In this document: positions 39,556-49,661 of the stretch, in pieces
Layout of the letters: every line of letters begins with the position of its first letter
Numbering within the stretch: position 1 is the first letter of the stretch
Translations under genes and position numbers: made by a program
Source: Candidatus Campbellbacteria bacterium
GTDB lineage: Bacteria; Patescibacteriota; Minisyncoccia; Phycocordibacterales; EsbW-18
NCBI GenBank assembly: GCA_045863475.1
Contig: BTUR01000003.1
Span: 8,647 to 72,646, forward strand
Reading direction: 5' to 3'
DNA: 64,000 nucleotides
Notes under the pieces: model-generated
What the model saw: the letters and a program-made list of their open reading frames with translations, nothing else
What the model was told of the DNA's origin: nothing
Databases searched by the model: none

Positions 39556-41181
39556 ATGGCAAGCAAAAAAATCTTGTTTGATACGGAGGCACGCGAAGCG
39601 CTCAAGCGCGGCATTGATAAAGTTGGCAACGCAGTGCGTGTCACGTTGGGACCTCGCGGTCGCAACGCCGTTTTGGAGAAGGGGTACGGTGCGCCGATGA
39701 TTACGAATGACGGCGTGTCCATTGCAAAAGAAATAGAACTCCCGGACCGTTTCGAAAACATGGGTGCCGAGATTGTGAAGGAAGTTGCAACAAAAACAAA
39801 CGATAGTGCAGGTGACGGTACGACGACCGCAACGGTTCTTGTGCAGGCGCTCGTCAATGAGGGATTGCGTCATGCGACACTGGGCGTGAACGCGATGTCA
39901 CTGCGCCGCGGCATGGAACAGGCGAAGGACGACGCAGTCGCGGCGCTCAAAGGAATCGCAAAGCCGATTAAAGGTAAGGATGAGATTAAACAAGTTGCGA
40001 CCATCTCCGCGGAATCGGAAGAACTCGGAGGAATTATTGCCAAGACCATAGAAAAAGTCGGCAAAGACGGCGTAGTCACCGTTGAGGAATCGCAGACGCT
40101 CGGTATTGATTCAGAAGTCGTTGAGGGACTTGAATTTGATCGGGGGTATATTTCCGCATACATGGTGACAAACGCGGAGCGCATGGAGGCGGAATATCGC
40201 GATGTGCCGGTGTTGGTTACCGACCGAAAAATTTCAGTCGTCAAAGAAATACTCCCGCTGTTGGAGGGTCTTGCCGCTGCGGGTACGAAAGAACTCGTCA
40301 TTATTGCAGATGACGTTGACGGCGAAGCGCTTGCGACATTCGTTGTTAACAAACTGCGCGGCGGATTCAACGTGCTGGCGGTAAAGGCACCGGGATTCGG
40401 CGACCGCAAGAAAGATTTGCTTGCTGACATCGCTGTGACGGTCGGCGCGAAGGTTATTTCAGAGGAAACGGGAACGAAACTCGAGAGTGCAACGGTTGCA
40501 ATGCTGGGACGCGCACGCCGCGTGGTCTCCAAGAAAGATGCAACGGTCATTGTTGGTGGCAAGGGTAAAAAGGGGGAGATTGAGGCGCGCGTTGCCCAGC
40601 TGCGCAAACAATTTGAGAATACGGATTCAAAGTACGACCGTGAGAAACTCCAGGAGCGCCTTGGTAAACTCACGGGCGGTGTCGCGGTTATCCGCGTGGG
40701 CGCTTCCACCGAAACCGAGATGAAATATTTGAAACTGAAGATTGAAGACGCAGTGAATGCGACGAAGGCCGCGATTGAAGAGGGGATTGTTCCGGGAGGC
40801 GGCTCAGCGCTCGTTAAAGCAGCGAAAAAACTCGAGGGCAAAAAACTCGGAACGGATGCAGAGTCAGTCGGGTACGGAATCGTCATTCGCGCACTCCACG
40901 CGCCGCTCGCACAAATTGCGATTAACGCGGGCAAAGAAGACGGACTCGTTATTGTTGACCGCGTGAAAAACGGCGGCAAGAACTCTGGATACGATGCCGG
41001 AAAAGACGAGATCGTTGAGGACATGCTCTCCGAGGGAATTGTTGACCCGGTGAAGGTGACGCGCACCGCACTGCAAAACGCAGTGTCCGCGGCCGCGATG
41101 CTCATTACGACGGAAGTCGCAATTGCCGAGGAACCGAAAGAAGAAAAAGAGGCCCCGCATCAGCACGGGGGAGAGTACTAA
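39556..41181 (+). CDS. groEL: Chaperonin GroEL
   Basis: TLGPRGRN, GDGTTTATV, APGFGDRKK. Confidence 0.97.
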   Translation: MASKKILFDTEAREALKRGIDKVGNAVRVTLGPRGRNAVLEKGYGAPMITNDGVSIAKEIELPDRFENMGAEIVKEVATKTNDSAGDGTTTATVLVQALVNEGLRHATLGVNAMSLRRGMEQAKDDAVAALKGIAKPIKGKDEIKQVATISAESEELGGIIAKTIEKVGKDGVVTVEESQTLGIDSEVVEGLEFDRGYISAYMVTNAERMEAEYRDVPVLVTDRKISVVKEILPLLEGLAAAGTKELVIIADDVDGEALATFVVNKLRGGFNVLAVKAPGFGDRKKDLLADIAVTVGAKVISEETGTKLESATVAMLGRARRVVSKKDATVIVGGKGKKGEIEARVAQLRKQFENTDSKYDREKLQERLGKLTGGVAVIRVGASTETEMKYLKLKIEDAVNATKAAIEEGIVPGGGSALVKAAKKLEGKKLGTDAESVGYGIVIRALHAPLAQIAINAGKEDGLVIVDRVKNGGKNSGYDAGKDEIVEDMLSEGIVDPVKVTRTALQNAVSAAAMLITTEVAIAEEPKEEKEAPHQHGGEY

Positions 41182-41272
41182 GTTTTCTCAAAAAAGCAGG
41201 GAATAGCATTCCTTGCTTTTTTGTGTGTTTGTGTCATAATCCGCAACGGACAACTCACAGGAGGGAAACTTG

Positions 41273-41416
41273 ATGCATGTGTGGATTGGAAACGGCCTGC
41301 AGGATGCATGGCGCATTCTCCGGGAGACTCCAGTGAGCACCACGGTGGTGTTCATTCTGCTCCCGGTATCTCTCGTGGGAAGCATCGTCTACGCGGCAAT
41401 CTGTTCTTTTCATTGA
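41273..41416 (+). CDS. 47-aa single-TM small protein
   Basis: SD AGGAGG at 41259; MHVWIGNGLQDAWRILRETPVSTTVVFILLPVSLVGSIVYAAICSFH; terminator follows. Confidence 0.5.
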   Translation: MHVWIGNGLQDAWRILRETPVSTTVVFILLPVSLVGSIVYAAICSFH

Positions 41417-41502
41417 ACATCGCGTAGGGAAAAGCGGGCACGTCGTGCCCGCTTTATTGCGTCTGTGGTATACTTTTCGTATACGAATCTAACTTTTTTC
41501 AT

Positions 41503-42054
41503 ATGTCATTCGAAACGATCCTACTCATTGTTGTCGCCGTCGTTGTTGTGTGGGCGATACTCATGTACAACCGCTTCGTGCGTCTCAACAACCACGCTGA
41601 TGAAGCATGGTCGGACATCGATGTGCAACTGAAGCGCCGGTACGACCTTATCCCGAATCTTGTTGAAACGGTGAAAGGGTACGCGACACACGAGCGCGAG
41701 GCGTTTGAAAACGTCACGAAGGCGCGGGCCAATGCGATGGGTGCACAGAGTGTTGAAGACCATGCGAAGGCGGAGAATATGCTCACCGGTGCGCTGAAAT
41801 CACTCTTTGCAATTGCCGAGGCATACCCGGACTTGAAGGCTAATCAGAACTTTTTGGAGCTTCAGCGTGAACTCTCTGACACGGAGAATAAAATCCAGGC
41901 GGCACGCCGCTTCTACAACGGCAACGTCCGCGACCTCAACATCGCTGTTGATTCGTTCCCGAATAATCTCATTGCACGAGCATTTAAATTTGTGAAGCGG
42001 GCATTCTTCGATGTCGAGGAAGGACAGCGGGAGCCGGTCAAAGTGCAGTTCTAG
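41503..42054 (+). CDS. lemA: LemA family protein
   Basis: WSDIDVQLKRRYDLIPNLV, EAYPDLKAN. Confidence 0.93.
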   Translation: MSFETILLIVVAVVVVWAILMYNRFVRLNNHADEAWSDIDVQLKRRYDLIPNLVETVKGYATHEREAFENVTKARANAMGAQSVEDHAKAENMLTGALKSLFAIAEAYPDLKANQNFLELQRELSDTENKIQAARRFYNGNVRDLNIAVDSFPNNLIARAFKFVKRAFFDVEEGQREPVKVQF

Positions 42055-42059
42055 TTTCC

Positions 42060-42245
42060 ATGCCGAGCGTCTATTCCCACTACAACCGCAATGTCAGTTC
42101 GGTATGGTACCTGATAGTGGTTTTTATGTGTGTGGTTGGAATTGTAACGTGGCGCGCGTACGTTGCGGTGCAGGAGATTGATTTGAATAACCGCGACATG
42201 GTTTCGCGCATGGAAGACCTTATGACACAAAACCAACCCCGCTGA
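42060..42245 (+). CDS. Small membrane protein
   Basis: 61 aa, one TM; N-terminus resembles that of htpX (SVYSH...N vs TLYSH...N). Confidence 0.45.
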   Translation: MPSVYSHYNRNVSSVWYLIVVFMCVVGIVTWRAYVAVQEIDLNNRDMVSRMEDLMTQNQPR

Positions 42246-42256
42246 CGCACACGAGT

Positions 42257-43174
42257 ATGGCAACACTGTATTCGCATCGAGACGCAAATATCAACAGAAC
42301 CTGGCTGCTCATGCTTGGGTTTCTTCTCGTTATTATCGCCGTTGGCTGGGTATTTGCCCGCGCGTACGAATCGCCCACGATACTGTACATTGCGGTGCTC
42401 TTCTCACTCGGTATGAACATCGCGAGTTACTGGTACTCGGACAAGCTCGCCCTTGCCGTCTCAGGTGCACGGCCGGCCTCACGCGAGGAATTTTTTGACC
42501 TCTACACGGTGACTGAGAATCTTGCCATTACTGCGGGCATTCCGATGCCAAAACTCTACGTCATTCAGGATCCCGCACCCAATGCGTTTGCCACTGGGCG
42601 CAATCCTGAGCACGCCACCGTTGCGGTCACCACAGGACTTCTTGAGCGGCTCTCGCGCATTGAGCTTGAAGGTGTTATTGCACACGAGATTTCGCACGTG
42701 AAAAACTGGGACATTCTGCTCGCCACGGTCGTTGTTGTGCTCGCGGGTTTTTTAAGCCTCGTCTCTGATTTTTTTCTCCGTTCTATGCACTTCCGCGGCG
42801 GTGATGATAACCGAAGCAATGCGGCGTTTATCCTTGTTGGTGTTGCGCTTGCTATCCTTGCACCGATTGCAGGTGTTATTATCCAACTTGCCGTATCGCG
42901 CAAACGCGAGTTTCTTGCTGATGCCTCAGGCGCACTTTTAACCCGCTATCCCGAGGGATTAGCATCTGCGCTTGAGAAAATCTCAAGCTACGGTGCCCCG
43001 ATGAAGCGTGTGCACAACGCCACTGCACACCTCTTTATTGCCGATCCGCGCGCAAAAGCCGTTTCAGGAGGGAAGGGTAAGACGAGCTGGTTTGCGAAGT
43101 TGTTTTTAACACACCCGCCGGTTTCCGAGCGCGTTACCGCGCTGCGCGGTGTTGATAATGCACCACACGCATGA
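42257..43174 (+). CDS. htpX: Zinc metalloprotease HtpX (M48)
   Basis: PNAFATGRNP, AHEISH, SRKREFLAD, THPP. Confidence 0.92.
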   Translation: MATLYSHRDANINRTWLLMLGFLLVIIAVGWVFARAYESPTILYIAVLFSLGMNIASYWYSDKLALAVSGARPASREEFFDLYTVTENLAITAGIPMPKLYVIQDPAPNAFATGRNPEHATVAVTTGLLERLSRIELEGVIAHEISHVKNWDILLATVVVVLAGFLSLVSDFFLRSMHFRGGDDNRSNAAFILVGVALAILAPIAGVIIQLAVSRKREFLADASGALLTRYPEGLASALEKISSYGAPMKRVHNATAHLFIADPRAKAVSGGKGKTSWFAKLFLTHPPVSERVTALRGVDNAPHA

Positions 43175-43923
43175 AAAAAGAACTAACACCGATTACACCC
43201 GAGACGCTGTCGTACGCCTTGCAGCATCTCCGCTCACTCATTCTTGTGGATGAACAAGTCTTTGACGACCTTGGAAATCTCAAAACCACACTCCACGAGT
43301 TAAAAATTGTCTTTGATGAAAAGGAACACGGACCGTCCCTTGAGGCGTTACGTAACGAGCTCCGTCTGCTCAAACAGCTTGTGTACAAAGACGAGCTGAC
43401 CGGCATTCTTAACCGTCGCGGCGTGCACGAAGAGTTCAGCGGCTTTTTTCGCGAGGCACTGTTCTATAAAGAACACAAAGACCTGCGCAAGGGAGTTGTT
43501 ATCAGTGATTTTTCCGTTATCTTCATTGATTTGGACAACTTTAAGAGCATTAACGACCGGTTTGGACACGACGAAGGCGACCGTGTTCTGAAAGAATGTG
43601 CGGTGATTTTGAAAAAGCATGCACGCGAAACGGATGCGGTGGGGCGATTGGGCGGAGAGGAGTTTGTCATGGGGCTTTTGGGCGCATCCGAGTCGGAGGC
43701 GTATGAAAAAGCGGAAGCCTTACGCGCAGACCTTGGAAAAGGGATACGAGTCGGTGGGAACCCGATCACGGCCTCTCTGGGGGTTGCCTCATTGCATGCT
43801 TCAAACGTACAGACGCTCGAAGCGCTCATTCACGCAGCTGATATGGCGATGTATGACGCGAAGACTAACCGCGGAAAGAATACGACAACCAAGTACAGTG
43901 ATGTGGTTTCCTCAAAAAAATAA
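43171..43923 (+). CDS. Diguanylate cyclase (GGDEF)
   Basis: DELTGILNRR, DLDNFKSINDRFGH, GGEEF. Confidence 0.9.
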   Translation: MKKELTPITPETLSYALQHLRSLILVDEQVFDDLGNLKTTLHELKIVFDEKEHGPSLEALRNELRLLKQLVYKDELTGILNRRGVHEEFSGFFREALFYKEHKDLRKGVVISDFSVIFIDLDNFKSINDRFGHDEGDRVLKECAVILKKHARETDAVGRLGGEEFVMGLLGASESEAYEKAEALRADLGKGIRVGGNPITASLGVASLHASNVQTLEALIHAADMAMYDAKTNRGKNTTTKYSDVVSSKK

Positions 43924-43925
43924 TC

Positions 43926-44309
43926 ATGTCGTATATACCATTTGTATCAACGTCATGGAGAGAGGGAAGAGTATGGGACGCGTGGATGCTCGTCCACTTT
44001 CTCTCCGGTATGGCGATCGGTTTCGCTAATTCGTATCTGGGGCTCTCAACGGTGTTGCTGTTCGGTATTTCGGTGCTCGGCATGATTGTTTGGGAAATTG
44101 TTGAAATCGCTGGAAATGTCCACGAAGTTGCCGAAAACCGCCTGTTGGATGTTGCCATCGGGCTTGTGGGCCTGTACCTCTCAAGCGAATTCATTCTGTC
44201 CCGCGTGTCGGAACCATATGCACACACGCTTTTTTACTTGAGCCTATTGCTACTTGCAATCTTTTGTTACTTCGGTTGGAGCGCGTACCGTAAACGGGTG
44301 GGTGCTTAG
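43926..44309 (+). CDS. Membrane protein
   Basis: H...WEIVE...D motif, 4 TM. Confidence 0.6.
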   Translation: MSYIPFVSTSWREGRVWDAWMLVHFLSGMAIGFANSYLGLSTVLLFGISVLGMIVWEIVEIAGNVHEVAENRLLDVAIGLVGLYLSSEFILSRVSEPYAHTLFYLSLLLLAIFCYFGWSAYRKRVGA

Positions 44310-44446
44310 ATTACACGTACATCTGGACAAAGAAGTACACCTGCGACCGCCGGTTCTTTGTATCCACAGATAACGATAAATATATATTGACAAACAATAA
44401 GTCGTAAACTAAGCTGAAGGCATTGATAATTTAGGTGTAACCATCT

Positions 44447-44932
44447 ATGAAAAGAAGCTCAACAGTATTCCTTCAGATAGTTATCGTGGTTCTTGGTGTC
44501 GGTGCTCTCGCCCTTCTGTTGTGGGGGCCTCACCTTGAGGGGAGGAATGTAAATGCCACGCTTTTTGAGATTTACTTCAAAGATCCCTTTTTGGCGTACG
44601 CGTACGCCGCCTCAGTTGCTTTTTTTGTCGCGCTTTACCAAGCGTTCAAACTGTTGGGGTACATAAGACGAAATGAAGTATTTTCGCACGCAGCTGTAAA
44701 AGCATTACGGACGATAAAATACTGCGCGATGACTCTCGTCGCTTTTATTGCGGGAGCAGAAGTTTACTTCTTCACTGCTTCGCGCAGAGTGGAGGAGGAT
44801 ATCGCGGGCGGTGTCATGATAGGTCTTGTGATGATTTTTGTCTCTGCCGTTGTCGCTACTGCCGCGACTGTATTTGAAAGGACCCTGCAAAATGCCGTAG
44901 ACATAAAGTCCGAGAACGATCTAACCGTGTAA
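44447..44932 (+). CDS. DUF2975 membrane protein
   Basis: C-terminal AVDIKSENDLTV; paired with the HTH gene. Confidence 0.85.
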   Translation: MKRSSTVFLQIVIVVLGVGALALLLWGPHLEGRNVNATLFEIYFKDPFLAYAYAASVAFFVALYQAFKLLGYIRRNEVFSHAAVKALRTIKYCAMTLVAFIAGAEVYFFTASRRVEEDIAGGVMIGLVMIFVSAVVATAATVFERTLQNAVDIKSENDLTV

Positions 44933-44937
44933 TCAAT

Positions 44938-45141
44938 ATGACAATCATCATCAACATTGACGTCATGTTGGCGAAGCAGAAAATGAGTGTTACTGAACTC
45001 GCCGAAAAAGTCGGCATCACCATGGCCAACATTTCCGTGTTGAAAAACGGAAAAGCAAAGGCAATCCGCCTATCGACCTTAGAAGCAATCTGCAAGGCGC
45101 TTAGATGTCAGCCCGGAGATATTTTGGAATACCGAAATTAG
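44938..45141 (+). CDS. Cro/CI HTH regulator (YozG-like)
   Basis: VGITMANISVLKNGKAKAIRLSTL...CQPGDIL. Confidence 0.9.
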   Translation: MTIIINIDVMLAKQKMSVTELAEKVGITMANISVLKNGKAKAIRLSTLEAICKALRCQPGDILEYRN

Positions 45142-45160
45142 ACAGTGATGTAAAAACTTC

Positions 45161-45351
45161 GTGCGGAGGCGGAGAGACCACGAGTACGTTTTTCTCCCGC
45201 GACTAAAAACTCGTCGTCACTCGCTTTTGTCGTGTCCGCGGCTCGCGACCCCGCCTGTTGGCGGGGTGCCCGCTCCGCCTTTCGAATCCCCCCGCGCTAC
45301 TCGCAATAATACTCCATTCGGATGGTTCCCATCCATCCTCATGGATTATTG
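45161..45351 (-). repeat. tRNA-Ser trailer
   Basis: TGCGGAGGCGGAGAGA at 45162-45177 and 45350-45365; inverted T-arm copy at 45281-45295. Confidence 0.85.
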
Positions 45352-45436
45352 CGGAGGCGGAGAGATTCGAACTCTCGGTGCCTTGCGGCACGCCGCCTTT
45401 CCAAGACGGTGCACTAGACCGCTATGCGACGCCTCC
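45352..45436 (-). tRNA. tRNA-Ser(GGA)
   Basis: GGAGGCG...CGCCTCC, long variable arm, anticodon loop TTGGAAA. Confidence 0.95.
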
Positions 45437-45460
45437 GTGCGCTTTGTTTATAGCACAGAA

Positions 45461-46354
45461 TCAGGAAGTCAGGAATTTTTTCGAAAGTGTTTTGATTTTC
45501 GAAAATTCTGATGGAGAGAACCAGTGGATGTCGGGGTGTCGTTTAAACCACGTCATTTGGCGTTTTGCGTAGTGTTCAATGTCTTTAGCAAGACGCGCTA
45601 ACACCTCTTCCTTTGTTATTTTTTTCTGCAGGTACTGCGCGATATTTCGATACTCAAGACCGAAATCCTCCAATTTTTTCCAGGATAACCCACCGGCACG
45701 AAGTTTCCTCACTTCAGCAACCATTCCTTGCCGCATCCTTGAAAGCAGACGTGCGTATATCTTTTTGTTCAACTTTTCTTTCGGGAGCGTGAGACCGATG
45801 AAGAGTGCCTCAAAATCGCTTTTTGGTTTTTGCCGCGGAACTACGCCGAGGCGCGCGGTGATTTCAAGTGCGCGTATGAGCCGGCGTCGATTGTGCGGGT
45901 CAATGTTTTTCGCGCGGCGAGGGTCTTTTTTCTTGAGGAGCATAAACAATTTTTCAGTCGGCATTTTCTCAAGCTTCGCGCGCAGTCTCAGGTTTGGCGG
46001 CACCTCAGGCAGGGACGTGCCGCGTGCGAGCGCGTCTATGTAGAGTCCGGTGCCGCCAACGACAATCGGCACGAAACCTTTTTTTCTGATGGACGTTGCC
46101 GACTTTTTTGCATCACGCACAAAATGGGCAACACTGTATTGCTGCCTAGGCGAGACAACATCAAGCAGGTGGTGGGGAACACCGTGCATCTCGCGCTGCG
46201 TGATTTTTCCGGTGCCAAGATCCATGCCGCGGTATACCTGCCGCGAATCAGCGGACACGATTTCTCCGCCGATGGCTTTTGCGAGGCGCACTGCCAGACT
46301 GCTCTTGCCCGTGGCCGTTGGGCCCAGAATGATGATGAGTTTTGGCTTTTGCAT
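45461..46354 (-). CDS. miaA: tRNA dimethylallyltransferase
   Basis: GPTATGKS, SADSRQVY, GGTGLY, YAKRQMTWF. Confidence 0.96.
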   Translation of the reverse strand: MQKPKLIIILGPTATGKSSLAVRLAKAIGGEIVSADSRQVYRGMDLGTGKITQREMHGVPHHLLDVVSPRQQYSVAHFVRDAKKSATSIRKKGFVPIVVGGTGLYIDALARGTSLPEVPPNLRLRAKLEKMPTEKLFMLLKKKDPRRAKNIDPHNRRRLIRALEITARLGVVPRQKPKSDFEALFIGLTLPKEKLNKKIYARLLSRMRQGMVAEVRKLRAGGLSWKKLEDFGLEYRNIAQYLQKKITKEEVLARLAKDIEHYAKRQMTWFKRHPDIHWFSPSEFSKIKTLSKKFLTS

Positions 46355-46449
46355 ACCAGCCTATCCTGCAGTCGTTTTTCATCGCTTGCAAGGGGAAGAG
46401 ACAAAATATCGCTCACGCGGGAGTTTTCTGATAAAATCGGCTTGAAACC

Positions 46450-46532
46450 GCCGGGGTGGCGGAATGGTAGACGCACAGGACTCAAAATCCTGCGGTGGCA
46501 ACACCATGAGGGTTCGAGTCCCTCCCCCGGCA
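46450..46532 (+). tRNA. tRNA-Leu(CAA)
   Basis: GCCGGGG...CCCCGGC; anticodon loop CTCAAAA. Confidence 0.95.
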
Positions 46533-46602
46533 CCGTAAACGAGCAGGTGGTTTGGTGTTAGAATAAAGCTGTAACGAATCAAGGAGTACTTCCTACGAGC
46601 AC

Positions 46603-47544
46603 ATGAGTTTTCACAATAACGCTATTTTCTGGGTTGAAGTTGAGAAGATTGTACCGAATCCGTTTCAGCCGCGGCGTTTTTTTGATGAACAAAAGCTCAA
46701 AGAGCTTTCGGACTCCATTCGTCAGTACGGCATATTGCAGCCGCTTGTTGTAACGCGTCGAGAACGGACACGCGAAGACGGCGGATTGCGTGTTGAGTAC
46801 GAGCTCATTGCCGGAGAACGCCGACTACGCGCCGCAAAACTTGCGGGTGTCTCAATGGTGCCGGTTATTATCCGCGATGAAGAGGAGAGTGAGCAGATGA
46901 AGCTTGAGCTTGCCATCATCGAGAACCTCCAGCGCGAAGATATCAATCCGATTGAGCGTGCACGCGCGTTCCATCAGCTCGTCGATCAATTTTCACTCAC
47001 GCACGGCGATGTTGCGCGAAAAGTCGGCAAGAGCCGTGAGTACGTGTCCAACACCATTCGCTTGCTCCGGCTTACTGACGAGATGCAGCAGGCGCTTTCG
47101 GAAGGAAAGATTACGGAAGGACACACGCGACCACTCTTGATGCTTATTGATAAACCGGATGAGCAGTCGGTATTGTTCAAGGAGATTATTCTCAAGAAGC
47201 TCAACGTGCGTGACGCGGAGCAGATTTCGCGACGCATCGCCGTTGATCGTATCCGCAAGCACGATCGCGCCTACGACCCGGAGATTCTTGAGCTTGAAAA
47301 ACAGGCATCCGCACGCCTCGGTGCGCGAGTGCAAATTGAGCCGCGCGAAGTCGGCGGACGCGTGTCCATTGAATTTATGTCTGAGGAGGATTTGCGCAAA
47401 ATACTCTCAATGCTTAACACGCAGGAAGAAGAAGCCCGCATGGCGACCATGGTTGATGAAGCGCTCTCAGAAGAACCGTCAAAAGAACCATCTGAGAAAA
47501 AAAGTGACGACGATCTCTACTCAGTGACGAACTTCTCCGTCTAA
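46603..47544 (+). CDS. parB: Chromosome partitioning protein ParB
   Basis: PNPFQPR, GILQP, AGERRLRAA, ENLQRED. Confidence 0.93.
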   Translation: MSFHNNAIFWVEVEKIVPNPFQPRRFFDEQKLKELSDSIRQYGILQPLVVTRRERTREDGGLRVEYELIAGERRLRAAKLAGVSMVPVIIRDEEESEQMKLELAIIENLQREDINPIERARAFHQLVDQFSLTHGDVARKVGKSREYVSNTIRLLRLTDEMQQALSEGKITEGHTRPLLMLIDKPDEQSVLFKEIILKKLNVRDAEQISRRIAVDRIRKHDRAYDPEILELEKQASARLGARVQIEPREVGGRVSIEFMSEEDLRKILSMLNTQEEEARMATMVDEALSEEPSKEPSEKKSDDDLYSVTNFSV

Positions 47545-49037
47545 TTTTTTTCCAGCGCAGTCCGAATCTTTTTTCGCGCAGCACCGGTCTTTACCCACTC
47601 GAGCCATTTGTGCGACGGCTTCGAGTTTTGTTTTGTCTCAATAAGCACGACGTCACCGTGCTTGAGCTTTGTGGACAGCGCGACGAATTTCCCGTTGACG
47701 CGCGCGCCGGCGGCGTGGTCGCCCAAGTCAGAGTGAATGGAGTACGCAAAATCAATCGGTGAGGCATCAGCGGGCAGGTCAACGACTTCGCCGTTGGGCG
47801 TGAAGACGAAGATGCGCGCATTGAAGAAGTCACTCTTGAGGTCGCGGATGAATGAAAGCGGGTGTGCGACGTCGCTCTGGGTTTCCGCCATGTCGCGTAT
47901 CCACGCCGCGACGGGGGAGACGCCCCCGACGCGTTTTGTTTCTCTTCCGAACATCTTCTCTACCCACCCCTCGCTTGAATCAACGCTTGTGCCGCCTTTT
48001 TCCTTGTACCCGACGTGCGAGGCGATACCGAATTCAGCGGTGCGGTGCATGGCCTCGGTTCGTATCTGAACCTCAACGAGCGCGCCATCGCCGGTGAATA
48101 TCGTCGTGTGGAGGCTCTGGTACCCGTTTTTCTTCGGTGTTGCGATGTAGTCCTTGATGCGTCCGGGAAGCGGTTTCCAGGTATTGTGAACGAGTCCGAG
48201 CGCGAGGTAGCACTCCTCAACCGTCCCGACAATGACGCGTAGCGCCGCGATGTCGTAGACGCGGTCAATGTTCATGTCCTTCTCTTGGAGTTTCTTGTAC
48301 AGGGAATAGAGGTGTTTAACACGGTAATCCATCGACGAGACGGTGATGCGGGCTTGTCCGAGCAGTTTGCTCAATGCGCGCGAAAGCGCGCGTAGCTGCC
48401 GTACGTTCTCGCGACTTTTCTCTTCGCGCAGTGCAAGGGTCGCCGTGTATTCCTCCGGCAGTGCAACTCGGAATGCAACGTCTTCAAGTTCTCCTTTGAT
48501 ATTTCCGATACCGAGCCGGTGTGCAATTGGTGCGTAAATTTCGAGCGTTTCATTGGCGATACGTTCCTGTTTTTCGCGGGGCAGGGCATCAATGGTTTTG
48601 AGATTATGGAGACGGTCGGCGAGTTTGATAAGAATGACGCGCGGATCCGCGGCAGTCGCCAAAAAAAGTTTGCGGAGCGTTTCAACGTGCCGTTTGAGTC
48701 CGCGGTATTTGAGTTTGCCGAGCTTGGTGACACCATCAACGAGAAACGCGACTTCGTCGCCGAATTCCGTGCGAATGTCTTGAATTGTCAGTTGTGTATC
48801 TTCGACGGTGTCGTGAAGAAGTCCGGCGGTAATTGTCGTTGCGTCAGCGCCAATCTTCGCGAGATTCTCCGCCGTTGCGGCTGTGTGTGAAAAATATGGC
48901 ACGCCGGATTCTCGGAGGTGACCCTCATGCGCTTTTCGCGCGTACTCGTACGCGCGCTCGATTCGCTTGCGCTCATCGGGTGAAAGTTTCTTCTGCGAAC
49001 TCTGTATGATGTGCTGTACGGATGGGACGTTTGCCAT
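47541..49037 (-). CDS. RelA/SpoT (HD + synthetase + TGS)
   Basis: LHDTVED, KLADRLHN, GYQSLHT, EVQIRT, DFAYSIH. Confidence 0.92.
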   Translation of the reverse strand: MANVPSVQHIIQSSQKKLSPDERKRIERAYEYARKAHEGHLRESGVPYFSHTAATAENLAKIGADATTITAGLLHDTVEDTQLTIQDIRTEFGDEVAFLVDGVTKLGKLKYRGLKRHVETLRKLFLATAADPRVILIKLADRLHNLKTIDALPREKQERIANETLEIYAPIAHRLGIGNIKGELEDVAFRVALPEEYTATLALREEKSRENVRQLRALSRALSKLLGQARITVSSMDYRVKHLYSLYKKLQEKDMNIDRVYDIAALRVIVGTVEECYLALGLVHNTWKPLPGRIKDYIATPKKNGYQSLHTTIFTGDGALVEVQIRTEAMHRTAEFGIASHVGYKEKGGTSVDSSEGWVEKMFGRETKRVGGVSPVAAWIRDMAETQSDVAHPLSFIRDLKSDFFNARIFVFTPNGEVVDLPADASPIDFAYSIHSDLGDHAAGARVNGKFVALSTKLKHGDVVLIETKQNSKPSHKWLEWVKTGAARKKIRTALEKN

Positions 49038-49166
49038 GGTGGGCGGGTTTCGCGTACGTCAATAGTAGTACATGCATGCCAGGCGGCATGATTGACAAAA
49101 CTTCTAAAATTCGTACAGTCAGGGCAGACATCGGTTCAAAAACCAACCTCGGGAAAGGGGATAGCG

Positions 49167-49610
49167 GTGAAAATCGACGTGGAGGGGATGCAGCGTGCGT
49201 TTCAGGCGGTTAGTGCACACCCGTTTTACTTCGGATCACTCAATCCTCCAGACGAACACATCGAGGACATTCAGGATCCGTTCGTGCTCACGAGGCTTCT
49301 CGAAGAAACCCGGGAGCTTCAAACCAGGAATCTCATTCTTACCACGCTTCGTGTGCGGGTAGAGGCGTTTCTCAACAGGAAGCCCGGCCTCCGTGAGTGT
49401 CTCGACTGGTACTGCATCCTCCCGGAGAACAGCGAAGCAGAGAGACTGGTTGCTTTCCACATCGTGAAGCTGCTGCGGGAAAAGGTTGCGGAGTCTTCGG
49501 ACTTCAAGTCGGTGTACGCGGTGTTTTCGGAGGAATCCACGGACCTGAAGTTCTTTCACGAGACGCTCATGCGTCTCATCGGGGAGAAATTTTTCCCGAA
49601 GAAGGGTTGA
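49167..49610 (+). CDS. Hypothetical protein
   Basis: Own TTGACA-N16-TACAGT promoter (49092-49119) and terminator (~49627-49655). Confidence 0.55.
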   Translation: MKIDVEGMQRAFQAVSAHPFYFGSLNPPDEHIEDIQDPFVLTRLLEETRELQTRNLILTTLRVRVEAFLNRKPGLRECLDWYCILPENSEAERLVAFHIVKLLREKVAESSDFKSVYAVFSEESTDLKFFHETLMRLIGEKFFPKKG

Positions 49611-49661
49611 CCGCTTTCGGCGGTAAGGGCCCCAGACACGGAGTGTCTGGGGCCTCGTCTT

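Noticed and set aside
39870-41105. 411-aa antisense ORF, and similar shadow ORFs over rnj, serS, metG and 26539-27132
   Set aside because: Antisense shadows of conserved genes caused by codon bias.
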